Source of the DNA: an uncultured Lachnospiraceae bacterium
GTDB lineage: Bacteria; Bacillota; Clostridia; Lachnospirales; Lachnospiraceae
Direction of reading: 5' to 3'
NCBI GenBank assembly: GCA_902767015.1
Contig: CACXFV010000003.1
Span: 873-64,872, forward strand
Length of the DNA: 64,000 nt
Shown here piece after piece: positions 37,164 through 48,900 of the stretch; position 1 is the stretch's first letter; every line of letters starts with the position of its first letter. The position numbers and the translations under genes were made by a program. A model generated the notes under the pieces. It worked only from the letters and a program-made list of their open reading frames with translations, was not told the origin of the DNA and did no database searches.

Positions 37164-39629
37164 TTACATTTCAACTGTCACCTTGTCAAGCTTCCAGATA
37201 TCATCTACATATTCCTGTATCGTTCTGTCTGATGAGAACTTACCCACATTACTTACATTGAGGATAGCGGAACGAGCCCAGCCTTTTTCATTTCTGTATG
37301 CCTGCTCTACCTTTTTCTGCGCCTCTGCATAAGACTTGAAATCCTTCAATATAAAATAAGTATCTGCCCTGTCAGAACTGTTGGTATTCAGAAGTGAATC
37401 ATAAATCTCTCTGAATAATTCAGGTTCATTTGGTGAATAGAAGCCATTGATAAGCTGCATCAGTACCTTTCTGATATCCATATCACTGTTAAAGATATCC
37501 ATCGGATTATATCCGCCATTCTGCTCATAGTTAATCACTTCATCAGAAGACATACCGAAGATAAAGACATTTTCTTCACCAACTTCTTCCACTATTTCGA
37601 CATTGGCACCATCCATGGTTCCAAGTGTCAGTGCACCGTTCAACATGAACTTCATGTTACCGGTTCCTGATGCTTCCTTGCTGGCTGTTGAAATCTGCTC
37701 ACTGACATCTGATGCCGCAAAAATAATCTCTGCATTGGAAACTCTGTAATTCTCTATGAATACAACCTTAATCTTTCCATCAATGGTCTTGTCGTTATTG
37801 ATAACATCTGCCACACTGTTGATTAGCTTAATGGTTAATTTTGCTCTGCGGTAACCTGCTGCTGCTTTCGCACCAAAGATAAATGTTCTCGGATAGAAGT
37901 CCATATCCGGATGCTCTTTGATTTCGTTGTACAGGTACATGACATGTAAAATATTCAACAGCTGACGCTTATACTCATGAAGTCTCTTAACCTGCACATC
38001 AAAAATAGAACGCGGGTTAACTTCAATACCATTATGCTCCTTAATATACTTGGCAAGTCTTAACTTATTCTGATACTTGATATTCATAAATTCCTTCTGG
38101 CACTTCTTATCATCCGCATATACTTCAAGATTCTTAATATGCGCAAGGTCTGTAATCCACTCATCACCAATCTTACTGGTTACCCAGTCAGCTAATAACG
38201 GGTTGGCATGAAGAAGGAATCTTCTCTGTGTAATACCATTTGTCTTATTGTTAAACTTCTCCGGCATCATCTCATAAAAATCCTTAAGCTCCTGATTTTT
38301 AAGAATCTCTGTGTGAAGTCTTGCGACACCATTGACAGAAAATCCGGCACATATAGCAAGATGTGCCATCTTAATCTGACCGTCATAGATGACTGCCATC
38401 TTACGAATCTTCTCGTGGTTACCAGGATATTTCTTCTCTATCTCAAGAACAAATCTTCTGTTAATCTCCTCAATAATCTGATAGCATCTCGGAAGCAGTC
38501 TTGAGAACAGCTCTATCGGCCATTTTTCAAGTGCTTCGCTCATAATGGTATGATTCGTATAGGCACATGCCTTGGTTGTCACTTCCCATGCCTCATCCCA
38601 TGAAAGCTTATGCTCATCCATCAAAATTCTCATCAGTTCTGCCACCGTAATCGTCGGATGGGTATCATTCAACTGGAAAATGACTTTCTCATGAAGCTTT
38701 CTGATATCATCATGGTTATTCATATACTTCTTAACTGCCGTCTGAATACTTGCTGATACAAAGAAATACTGCTGCTTTAATCTCAATTCTTTACCGGCAT
38801 AATGATCATCACAAGGATAGAGAACTTCTACGATTGTCTTGGCAAGGTTCTCCTCCTCTGTTGCCTTAATGTAATCACCTTTATTAAATGAATCCAGTAT
38901 AAAATGCTGAAGCGGCTCTGCATCCCATATTCTCAGGGTATTCACGACATTATTGCCATATCCCACAATCGGCATATCGTACGGAACGGCTCTGACGGAT
39001 CTGTAATCCTCCTGAATAAAGTTATCTCTTCCCTGTGCATCCTTCTCTACTCTGATATATCCGCCAAACTTTACCTCACAGGCATATTCTTCACGTCTTA
39101 CCTCAAACGGATTGCGGTTCTTAAGCCAGTTATCCGGAACCTCTACCTGGTATCCGTCCTGAATCTTCTGCTCAAACATACCATATCTATATCTGATACC
39201 GCAGCCATAAGCCGGATATCCGAGTGTTGCAAGCGAATCAAGGAAACATGCCGCAAGTCTTCCAAGACCTCCATTACCGAGAGCTGCATCCGGCTCCTGA
39301 TCTTCAATCGTATTGAGATCAAGACCTAATTCTTCGATGGCTTCCTTTATCTCCTCTCGCGCTGACAGGTTGATGATGATATTGCCAAGTGCTCTTCCCA
39401 TAAGGAACTCCATTGACAGATAATAAACTGTCTTGGCGTCCTGCTTGTCATATTCCTTATGTGTTGCAATCCACTGATCAATAATAAAATCCTTTAATGC
39501 ATAGGCAACCGCCTGATACTTATCAAGCTGTGATGCTTCATCAAGTGTCTTTCTGGATAATACCTTGACATAATCATTGACTTCCTTTTTAAATTCTGCT
39601 TTTGAAAATGTGTCCATCTCTTCCTCCAT
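37164..39629 (-). CDS. glgP: Glycogen/starch phosphorylase
   Basis: LGNGGLGRLAACFLDS, QLNDTHP, VKRLHEYKRQ, EASGTGNMKFMLNG (PLP lysine). Confidence 0.97.
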   Translation of the reverse strand: MEEEMDTFSKAEFKKEVNDYVKVLSRKTLDEASQLDKYQAVAYALKDFIIDQWIATHKEYDKQDAKTVYYLSMEFLMGRALGNIIINLSAREEIKEAIEELGLDLNTIEDQEPDAALGNGGLGRLAACFLDSLATLGYPAYGCGIRYRYGMFEQKIQDGYQVEVPDNWLKNRNPFEVRREEYACEVKFGGYIRVEKDAQGRDNFIQEDYRSVRAVPYDMPIVGYGNNVVNTLRIWDAEPLQHFILDSFNKGDYIKATEEENLAKTIVEVLYPCDDHYAGKELRLKQQYFFVSASIQTAVKKYMNNHDDIRKLHEKVIFQLNDTHPTITVAELMRILMDEHKLSWDEAWEVTTKACAYTNHTIMSEALEKWPIELFSRLLPRCYQIIEEINRRFVLEIEKKYPGNHEKIRKMAVIYDGQIKMAHLAICAGFSVNGVARLHTEILKNQELKDFYEMMPEKFNNKTNGITQRRFLLHANPLLADWVTSKIGDEWITDLAHIKNLEVYADDKKCQKEFMNIKYQNKLRLAKYIKEHNGIEVNPRSIFDVQVKRLHEYKRQLLNILHVMYLYNEIKEHPDMDFYPRTFIFGAKAAAGYRRAKLTIKLINSVADVINNDKTIDGKIKVVFIENYRVSNAEIIFAASDVSEQISTASKEASGTGNMKFMLNGALTLGTMDGANVEIVEEVGEENVFIFGMSSDEVINYEQNGGYNPMDIFNSDMDIRKVLMQLINGFYSPNEPELFREIYDSLLNTNSSDRADTYFILKDFKSYAEAQKKVEQAYRNEKGWARSAILNVSNVGKFSSDRTIQEYVDDIWKLDKVTVEM

Positions 39630-39799
39630 TCTGCTTCTTAATTCTCGTTTTAGTTTTGCTTTATTCTGTCCTTATCTATCCTGCATTTTTTTTGCATACC
39701 TTATTATTTTAGCGTTATATTGCATTTTATTCAACAACTATTTTTCAAAAATCATGGTTTTTTGATTACAATTTTGTTAAATATTATTAACACAATATG

Positions 39800-39843
39800 A
39801 AATGCCACATTAAACAGATTTTCAACCGCTTAATGTGGCATTT
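39800..39843. terminator. 14-bp stem hairpin downstream of the giant surface protein gene
   Basis: AAATGCCACATTAA-N16-TTAATGTGGCATTT. Confidence 0.55.
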
Positions 39844-39845
39844 GT

Positions 39846-39950
39846 TTAGGAACTGTATATCATTAAACTTTATAGTTTTTGAGTTGAAATGCTTACATAT
39901 AAGGCATTTCAACTCAAAAACTGATTAAGTTATTAATATACCGTTCCTTA
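39846..39950. mobile_element. 99-bp MITE-like element with 12-bp terminal inverted repeats, TTA flanks and an internal perfect 19-bp hairpin
   Basis: TTA|GGAACTGTATAT...ATATACCGTTCC|TTA; internal AGTTTTTGAGTTGAAATGC (39874-39892) pairs with 39904-39922. Confidence 0.7.
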
Positions 39951-39975
39951 CTTACATGAACACTTTCATCAATGA

Positions 39976-42900
39976 TTAAGGCTCCTGCTCTTTTTTACGA
40001 TTCAGTACCACTGCTGTTACTATTGATGCTGAAAGGAAAATCATCAGTAATATCATGGAATTGACAGAGTCACCTGTCTTTACTGTTGAGGTCGTTCGCT
40101 TTGTCGTCGTTGGCTGTGTAGTCTCAGGTGCTGCTATCACAACAGTTGTCGGCTCCTCCGGTGCAACTATTACTGCAGTCACCGGTTCCTCCGGTACTAT
40201 TGGCTCCGATGTCGTAGGCTCTTCCGGTGTTGTTGGTTCCGGTGTCACCGGTTCCTCCGGTATCGCCTTTCTCACATAAATCTGGTAAACCACTGTGGAA
40301 CCATCCTGCATAATCGTATCGGTTGCCGGATAACCGTCAACTGTGGTTTTAACTAATTCATAGTCGCTGTAGACGCCCTCGCCCTCCTTAGACTCTACAT
40401 CTGCTGTCCATCCTGCTTTCTGATTATCTACCTGCTCCTGCTCCTGCTTCTTAAAGATTTTCGTTTTGCCATTAATGGTAAGTTCAATATAGTTCTCACC
40501 ATCAACCGTCACATCCTTCGCTTCCTCATCATCTAACTGAATATAATATTTTTCTGTATACAATGTGATAACACTCTCATAATAAAGCTTAACCTTCGCA
40601 TTCTTATCAAGATTAATCGTATCCTCATAAGACCTTGCATCCTCTGTCGTACCCGGCTTAAACTCATAGTTCTCATATGACCTGTAGGTATCATCTACGG
40701 TCTTCGTTCCGTCATTGCCGGTAATCGTGATACCTGCTTTTGTCTTATCATCACTGTCATCATCGGTGTAGTCATATTTAATTTCATCATTGACCTCGGC
40801 CGTCTTGACAACCATTTCCTTTTTGATGAAATACTTATCATCCACTTTGTCTCTTTCGTTCTCATCGGTCTTATTATAAGTACCCTCATCAACCTCGACA
40901 TAATATTCTACTGTGTATACAGGCTTTCTTTCATATATCTGATATACAATTGTCGAACCATCCTTTAATACCGTATCTGTATCCGGATATCCCGTAATCT
41001 GAATCAACTTGTAATTAGTATACGGTTCTTCCTGCTGCTTATCGGTTATCGTGACTTTCTTGCCTAACTCCTGATCTTTTACCACATTACTCTCGTTCTT
41101 TCTGTATATCTTTGTTCCCTTATCCGTCGGAACCGTAATATATTCTCCTGTATCCTCTTGCTCAAATACTTCGAGATAATACTCTTCTGTATAGTACGTA
41201 AGCTGTTTCTCATAATACAGTCTTACTACCGCCTTTGTCTCTTCATTAACGGTATCTGTTACCTTATTAGCTGCTACTGTCGTAGAAAGCTTAAAGTCAT
41301 ACTCCTCAAATGCCTTAAAGGTATTGTCTACTGCCACGCTGTCATCAGTATCTGCCTGCGTAAGCGTGATACCTGCTTCTGTTACATCAGAAGTATTTTT
41401 TCTGGTACTGCAGGTAATCACATCACCTACATTTGCCATACCCTCTACCGTTTCCTTATCTTCTCTTACAAAATACTTTCCGTTAATTGTGTTCTTTGCA
41501 CCGGATGCACTGTCATAGGTATCCTTATCTACCTGAAGCCAGTATTCTACTTCATATGCTGCCGTTGCCTTTACATAATACAAATCAATCACAGAACTTC
41601 CATCTGCTTTTACTGATGCCTCAGAATAGCCCTGTGCAACAGTGACGCTCTCATCAAAGACATAGCCATCAAATGACTGATAGGTATCGTTCACACCTTC
41701 TCCTGTCACCTTAATATTGTTCCGTGTAACACCTGCCGTCTCGGCATCCGTCATGTTATATTTTATCTTATCATTTTCTTCTGCCCGATTTACCACCGGC
41801 TCAGCAGCTTTGATAAAGAACTTATCACCCACCTTTACTCTGTCATTCTCTGCTGCCTTTTGATAAGCACCTTCACTAACCTGCTTATAATACCTTACCG
41901 TGTAATCCGCTGTAACTACAGGCACTACCGGCTTCACATAGTATAACTGCACCAGGTTGTCTCTGAATTTAACCGTAATCTCTGCCTTCGCAGCCGACTT
42001 GGTATCTTCTTCACTAAACTCGTATCCCACAAATGACTGATAGGTATTATTGGTTACCGTTCCTGCTATCGCATTGCCATCGACCGCTATACCATTTAAT
42101 GTGACACCTGCTGTCTTGGTATCCGCTGCCGCATATTTAACCGCATTTCCAATAGCTGCCTTATTCACAACATCTTCCGATGCCTTAATGAAATACTTGC
42201 CATTTACGATATTTCTGTCATTTGCCGTCTTCTTGTCATAGGTCTCTTTGTCTGTCTCGGTATAATACTCTACCGTATATGTCGGAACCATTTCATATAT
42301 CTGATATACCACCGTCTGACCATCTTTTCTTACATTATCTGTAACAGGGTATCCCTCTACAGTAGTGAGCTTATAGTCAACATACGGTTGCTCTGTCTGT
42401 TTATCCGTAACCGTAACCTTTCTTCCAACTTCTTGGTCATCTACCGTATTGCTATCCTCAAGCTTATATAGCTTACCATCTTTTTCGATATAATCACCTG
42501 TCGTCTCTTTACTCTCTACCTGTATATAGTATTTCTCTGTATATGGTACTTTTACTTTATCATAGTACAGTCTGACAAACGCTGTTCCTTCCTTGTTAAC
42601 AATTGTACTATAATGTTCTGCCGCTCTTGTACTTGTCAGGTCAAACTGATAATTTTCTGTCTCATATGATTTAAAGGAATCTAAAACCTTCGCCTCATTA
42701 TCCTTATCGGCCGCCCTTATCGTAACACCGGCTTCCACCTCTGACAATTTACTATAGGTAACAACATCTGATACATTTGCTGACTTTGTAATAAAATCTC
42801 TCTTTACAAAGTATTTATCATTAATCATATCCCTGTCGGTGCCTGATGCATTATCATAAGAGGTCTGGTCTGTCTCTAAATAATACTCTACCGTATAATT

Positions 42901-45900
42901 GGCAGGATTCTTTGCATAAATCTGATAAACAACAGTCGAGTTATCCTTTGCCACTACCTCTGTATCCGGATAGCCTGTAATGGTAACCAGTTTAAATTTG
43001 TTATATGGCTCCTCTGTTTGTTTGTCAACAATGGTAACATTCTTTCCTACCTCAGTATTGGTTACTACTCTGCTGTCATTCTTCTTGTAGATTTTACCAC
43101 CATCCTCGATGTAGTCGTCAGGGTTTTCCGTGTCACCCTTTTTGTCAACTTCTATATAATATTTCTCTGTATAAGAAGCCTTTAGCTTTTCAAAATACAA
43201 TTTTACTAATGCGGTGTCGCCCTTTACCACTGTATCTTCATACTTCTGTGCCGCTTGTGTTGAAGTGACACTGAATGTATAATCATCATAAGACTTCAAT
43301 GTATTATCTGCCGTTAATGTCTTATCGGTGTCAAAGGTCGTAAGCTCAATACCTGCTTTATCTTCTTTCGTCGTATACCTGATCTTATCTCCGACATTGG
43401 CAGAATTAACTACCGTATCCCCGGTCTTTCTGACGAAGTATTTTCCATCTGCTTCACTTCTGTCTTCCTCTGCGGTATTATCATATACTGCTCTATCAAC
43501 CTGTACATAATACTCTACTGTGTATTTTGCCGGGTTTTTGCCATAAATCTGATAAACTACCGTAGAACCGTCTTTTTTAACAATGCCTGTCGGCGGATAC
43601 TCAGAAACACCCTCAATCAGAACGTAACTGTCATACGGAGCCTTATCATGTTTGTCTGTTACTTCTACCGGTGTTCCTGCCACCTGGTCATTAATGGTAT
43701 TACTTTCCTGTTTCTTATAAATCTTACCACCGATTTCAATGGTATCTGTTCCTTCATCTTCATCTGTTTCGATATAATATTCTTCGGTGTATGATGCCGG
43801 TATTTTCTCATAGAACAGTCTTACCACAGCCGGAGCTGTCGTACCCGCTTTAACTGTTGCCTGATAGTCTCCTGCGCTCTTCGTGGTATCCGCCTTATAT
43901 ACGTAATTAGCAAATGCCTTATAGGAATCTGCCACAATGGTTTTTGGCAAACCTGTCTTTTCCTTGTCAAATGCCTCAAGTGTTACACCTGCTTCTGTCT
44001 CATTCGTAGTGGCACTCACCCTGGATGCATATTCAATAACATCACCGGCATTCGCTGTGCCCGAATAACTCTCTGTATGCTTTATGAAATACTTACCTGA
44101 AACCTTTCTCTTTACGGTATCATCAGTTGTCGCATCATAAGTCGCCTGATCTGTCTCTAACCAGTACTCAACAAGATAGATGGCAGGTTGTTTCACATAA
44201 TATAAATCCGCATGTACGGTATCGCCTTCTTTTAAGGTTATTGCTGCCTTATTGTCTGTTGCTGCCTTCGTCACATCATCAGAATAGATGTAATTACTAA
44301 ATGCCTTCAATGTTGCTTCTACAGTAACTGCTTCTGTCTTACCATATTTCTTAAGTGTCACACCTGCTTTTGTCGCAGAACCGATACCGCTTGTAGTATA
44401 GGCTACTTCATCTCCGGCATTCTCTGTTGTTGGTCCCACAGATGCCTCTTTGACAAAGCATCTGTTAGTATTGTCTGCCAGTGTTACTTTGCTTACCGGC
44501 TCGCCCTTGCTGTTCTTTAACTGATAAGCAGCTTCATCAATCTCCACATAATAGTTGACAATGTAATCTGCCGGTATTTTCTCATAGAATAACTGTATCA
44601 CTGCCTCGCTGCCGGACTTCAAAGTTGCTGACGTCAGTCCGTTAGTGTTGGTGGTAGTATTATTAAACTGATAATACCTGTCTGCATAGGACTGATAAGT
44701 CTCCGCTATCTCAACACCTTTTAATTTTGCTCCCGCTTCCGTTACACCTGATGTCGCTGTCTTGTAATCATATGTAAGCGCATCACCTGATGAACCGAGA
44801 CCCAGCCTGGTATTATCCGCATCAAGAACAAAATATTTACCTGCAACTGCTTTAACCGTGCTTCCGCCTGTCATCTCGGTATGATAGGTTGTTTCATCCA
44901 CTTCCAGATAATATTCTACTCTGTACTTTGCCTTGCCTAATATCTGATAGACAATGGTGCTGCCATCCTCCTCAACTGTATCGGTCTTCGGATAAGCAGG
45001 CGTCTGGTCATCAATCGGCTGATATCCCGGATAATCTTCCTTCCTGTCGGTTACGGTTGCTGTATCACTTTCCTTTGGCACATCTACCGGATAATCTACT
45101 TTCCATTCATAGATAATATCACCAATCTTTATTCTGGTTTTTCCGTCCGGTGTGACCGGTGAGGTCTGGTCATCACTCTCCGTGTAATACCTCTCTGTAT
45201 ATCGGTTTCTCAGTTTTTCATGATACAGTCTCACTTCATTCTGCGCTTTATCCTGAACCACTGCTGTGGAATTGGCTGTATCACTGTCTGTAATAGTCTT
45301 GTTATACTGATAGTATTGCGCTGCATAGGACTTAAAGGTTGCTGTGTTCTCCGTCTTCTTTGCTGTATCAAAAGTAGTAAGACTCACACCTGCTTTATTC
45401 TGTGTGGCAACAGCGGTTCCCGTGGCATACGACAGCGTATCTCCCACATAGGCAGGCTGCTCTGCAATGGAATCCTGCAATTTAAAGAATCTTCCGCTCT
45501 GTGTTCTGACATCCTTGCCCTGACCGCTTAATGTGTTATATTCACTTTCCTCAACCTCCACATAATGCTTTACGGTATAGGTTGTAGGAATTTTAACATA
45601 GTACAAATCAACATGCACTGTCTCATCATTTGTCAGTGTCGCCATATTGCTTCCTGCATAGACAGTGTAATCTTTTGAATACTGATAATTCGTAAACGCT
45701 TTGTCTGTGCCGGCAACTTTTGCGGTTGCCGCCTGATCAAATTTTTTCAAATTAACCTGTGGACTTGCACCGTTCGGTACGGCAATGGTATCTCCCACAT
45801 TTCCCGACTCATTCAGCTTTGTCTCAAATTTGAAGTATTTCATATTACTGTCCTGCGCATCACTTACCACCTTGATGGCTGCCTTTTGTGAAGCACTGGC

Positions 45901-48900
45901 AGAATCATACTCGGATTGATTGATCTCTACATAATAGTTCACTTCATAATCTGCCGGTATTTTCTCATAATACAATTTAATCATTGGAGGCGTTCCGGTT
46001 GCTGCCACAACACTCTTTGTCGTTCCGTTATGTGCATTTTTGGTTGTTGCATCATTAAATTCATAGTTGACATAAGATTTGTAGGTGTCGTCTATCTTTG
46101 TTGCTCCCTGCTTCGCACCGGCTTTTCCTTGGTCCGTACCACTGGTGATATAATCATATTCGTATGTTTTACCGCCATCACCTGTCTTAATGACATATTC
46201 TTTTCTGACAAAATACTTACCGCCTACATTGTCTTTAACCGTACCGGCTTGTGCATTGTCATAATCTTCTTTCTCTACTTCTACAAAATACTCTACTCCA
46301 TAGCCTGCCTTCGCATAAATCTGATATAATACTGTGCTGCCATCTGCTGCAATATTCGCTGTTGCAGGATATTTTGTCGCATTCTCTCCTGTCATGGTAA
46401 GCAATGTATATGCCTGATAAGTCGTTGCACTTAAATCCGTGACGGTCTTGGAAGCATTGATTAACTGCAGTTCTTTTGTTGTCTCCGTTGCAGAGTCTTT
46501 CTCATAGATGACCTCTCCTATCTGAATATAGGTATCATCCCCCGGTGTTACTGTCGCTGTCTGGTCATCTGCTTCTACATAATACTTTTCCTTGTATGAG
46601 GTGAGTTCGTAGAACAAATCCACTTCCGCTACCTTATCAGCTGCCACCGTATCAGTATATTGTCCTGCTTTCTGTGTTGTTACAGGATTATACTGATAGC
46701 CGGTAATCGTCTTATAGGTTGCTGCTACGGATGCCTCTTCGCCTGCCGGCTTTTTTAATTTAATACCTCCTGACAAATCTGCCCTTGCCGCAGAATCATA
46801 ACTAATAATACTGCCTGCCTTTGCAGATGCTGTATAGGTGGCTGCTAAGGCATCATCTGCCTTTACAAAATACTTATATACAGCAACACCTGCCTTCTCA
46901 CCGACTTGTACCTTTTTATGGTTGGCATCTGCTACATAATCTGTCTCTGCAATTTCTGTAAAGTAGACTACTTTGTATGCCGGTATCGTATTATAGAAGG
47001 TCAGTGTATTGTCGGCATCAGCTGTCTTTACCACACCGGTTACCTTTCTCTCACCCAATGTTACTGTCGTTCCACCGGTAACAGAAGCCAATGAACTGCT
47101 GTCCGTCGGTACTGCCTCTACAATCGTGTACTCTGTTCCAAGAGGGATTCCGGTAATAACCTTCTGCTCACCCTTCTTCAGTGTGTAAGTACCAAGCGAA
47201 ATGGTCTGATTATCAGTGTGTGAATAATCCGCATTAATTGTCTCCTCAAGATGTAAGCCCGCTATATTATTCAGTGTCACGGTAAAGGTATATTCCTGAC
47301 TCGCCGACAATTCCGAACCTGCTGCCTGCTCTTTTTTGATAATAATCGAGCCTGTCTTAAACCTGTTGGTGTAAGATACCCCGATATCTACCGGTGTTAC
47401 CTTGCTTTTTCCATTCACATAGTTCCTGTACAAAATGGTATCCTTACCATCAAGATAGCCGTCAGCAATTCCATTCGTGACTGTATCAAATGTTTCTGCA
47501 CTTCTTTCATCCTTCGGTGTAATGCCGGTTCCATTATTCTTTTCATTATCGTCGTATCCGTTTATCTTCCACGTTGTATCAAACAAATCGGTAATATCAA
47601 AGGACGAATCCCCCGACAGCGTCTTAAGCATCGCGCCTGACTGCTCCGTTACCGACAAATAGCTTCCTCTTCGGAACATATTGGTAAACTCCGCCTGCTC
47701 GTTATTCTTGAGCGTTATCGCGCCGGCTGCTACCGTTTTACTTGTATCTCCAACAGAATAGGTTGCTCCCGTTACCGGTTTAAACTGTGCATTTGACACT
47801 GCATATGAGCCATAATCTGATAATCTGGTGTGGTCAATATCAAAGCCTATGGTTGCAAGATAGGTATTCATTTCCTCTACCGTTCTTGCTCCACCCGCCG
47901 TCACAAGATTGGAAATACCAAAATCAAACTCTAATTGATTCAGATTAGAAGCTACCTTTGTATTTTCTGTAATCGCTTCATTAACATTCGTTGTATCTAC
48001 TTTCTTATCCACCTTGAACAGATTCATTTCAGGGAAGTTAAAGGAAATCGACATATTCGATTCCCACAGACCTCTCTCCATATAGAAGATGGTAAGTGTG
48101 TGAAGTTCTTTACTGTCATCTATGGCTTCCGCAAAATTTTTATCTATATCACCTGTCGCAATGGATGCTCCCGTTGGTGTTTTAATCTTGCTGACATGTG
48201 CTGTCTTTGTGGCAAAATTAAGATTACCGTCGACCTCTCCATGACTTCCACCCATGTCTAATACAAGATTGCCGTCAATGAAAATCCAAATATCATCATC
48301 GCCGGAAAAACTGAAAATAATCGGCGTACTTCCAATTTTACCATTACTCGTCAGACTGAAATCGATATCCATCTTCATACCAAAGCCATAATCTAACTTA
48401 TTGATGACCCCGCTCTGTGCATGATCATTGAATGGGAAGAAGTTGCCACTTGCAGTAGGCGCTCCATTTGTGTAGCCTTTGACCTCATTACCCGTTCCCA
48501 CATTCCGCATAAAGTAATGAGATTCACTGTCTTTCGTCATTCTGAGTGTTGTGTCCTTACTGTTGAACACCCAATAATCTTCGTTATTTTTTGTAAATGG
48601 GAATGTAACATCTTCATACACCTTACCAACTGCTACATTATAGGTATTATTTCCTGTCACAAAATCTTTATCAAAATAAGGTGCCACCACACCCTCTTTT
48701 ACCTGAAGATTACCATTGGAATCAAGCTTATCATATATCAGTCCCTGTGTAGCAACATCTGCATCGCCCTTTTGTGCATTCTCCCTGTAATCAGAATTAT
48801 TGGTATACAGAAACTTTGAATTGGACTGATTGCCGTCGTAGCTATACAGATTCAAATCCGGCGCTATCGTATTAAAGTATGTCCCCTCACTATTTGTCTC

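Noticed and set aside
39774-39793. Rex operator upstream of glgP (TTGTTAA-N6-TTAACAC)
   Set aside because: The Rex consensus has a 4-nt spacer; this is a 6-nt spacer in very AT-rich DNA.
40055-40279. + strand 74-aa ORF with VVGSSG repeats
   Set aside because: Antisense reflection of the Pro/Glu/Thr linker (PEEPTT repeats) of the giant surface protein.
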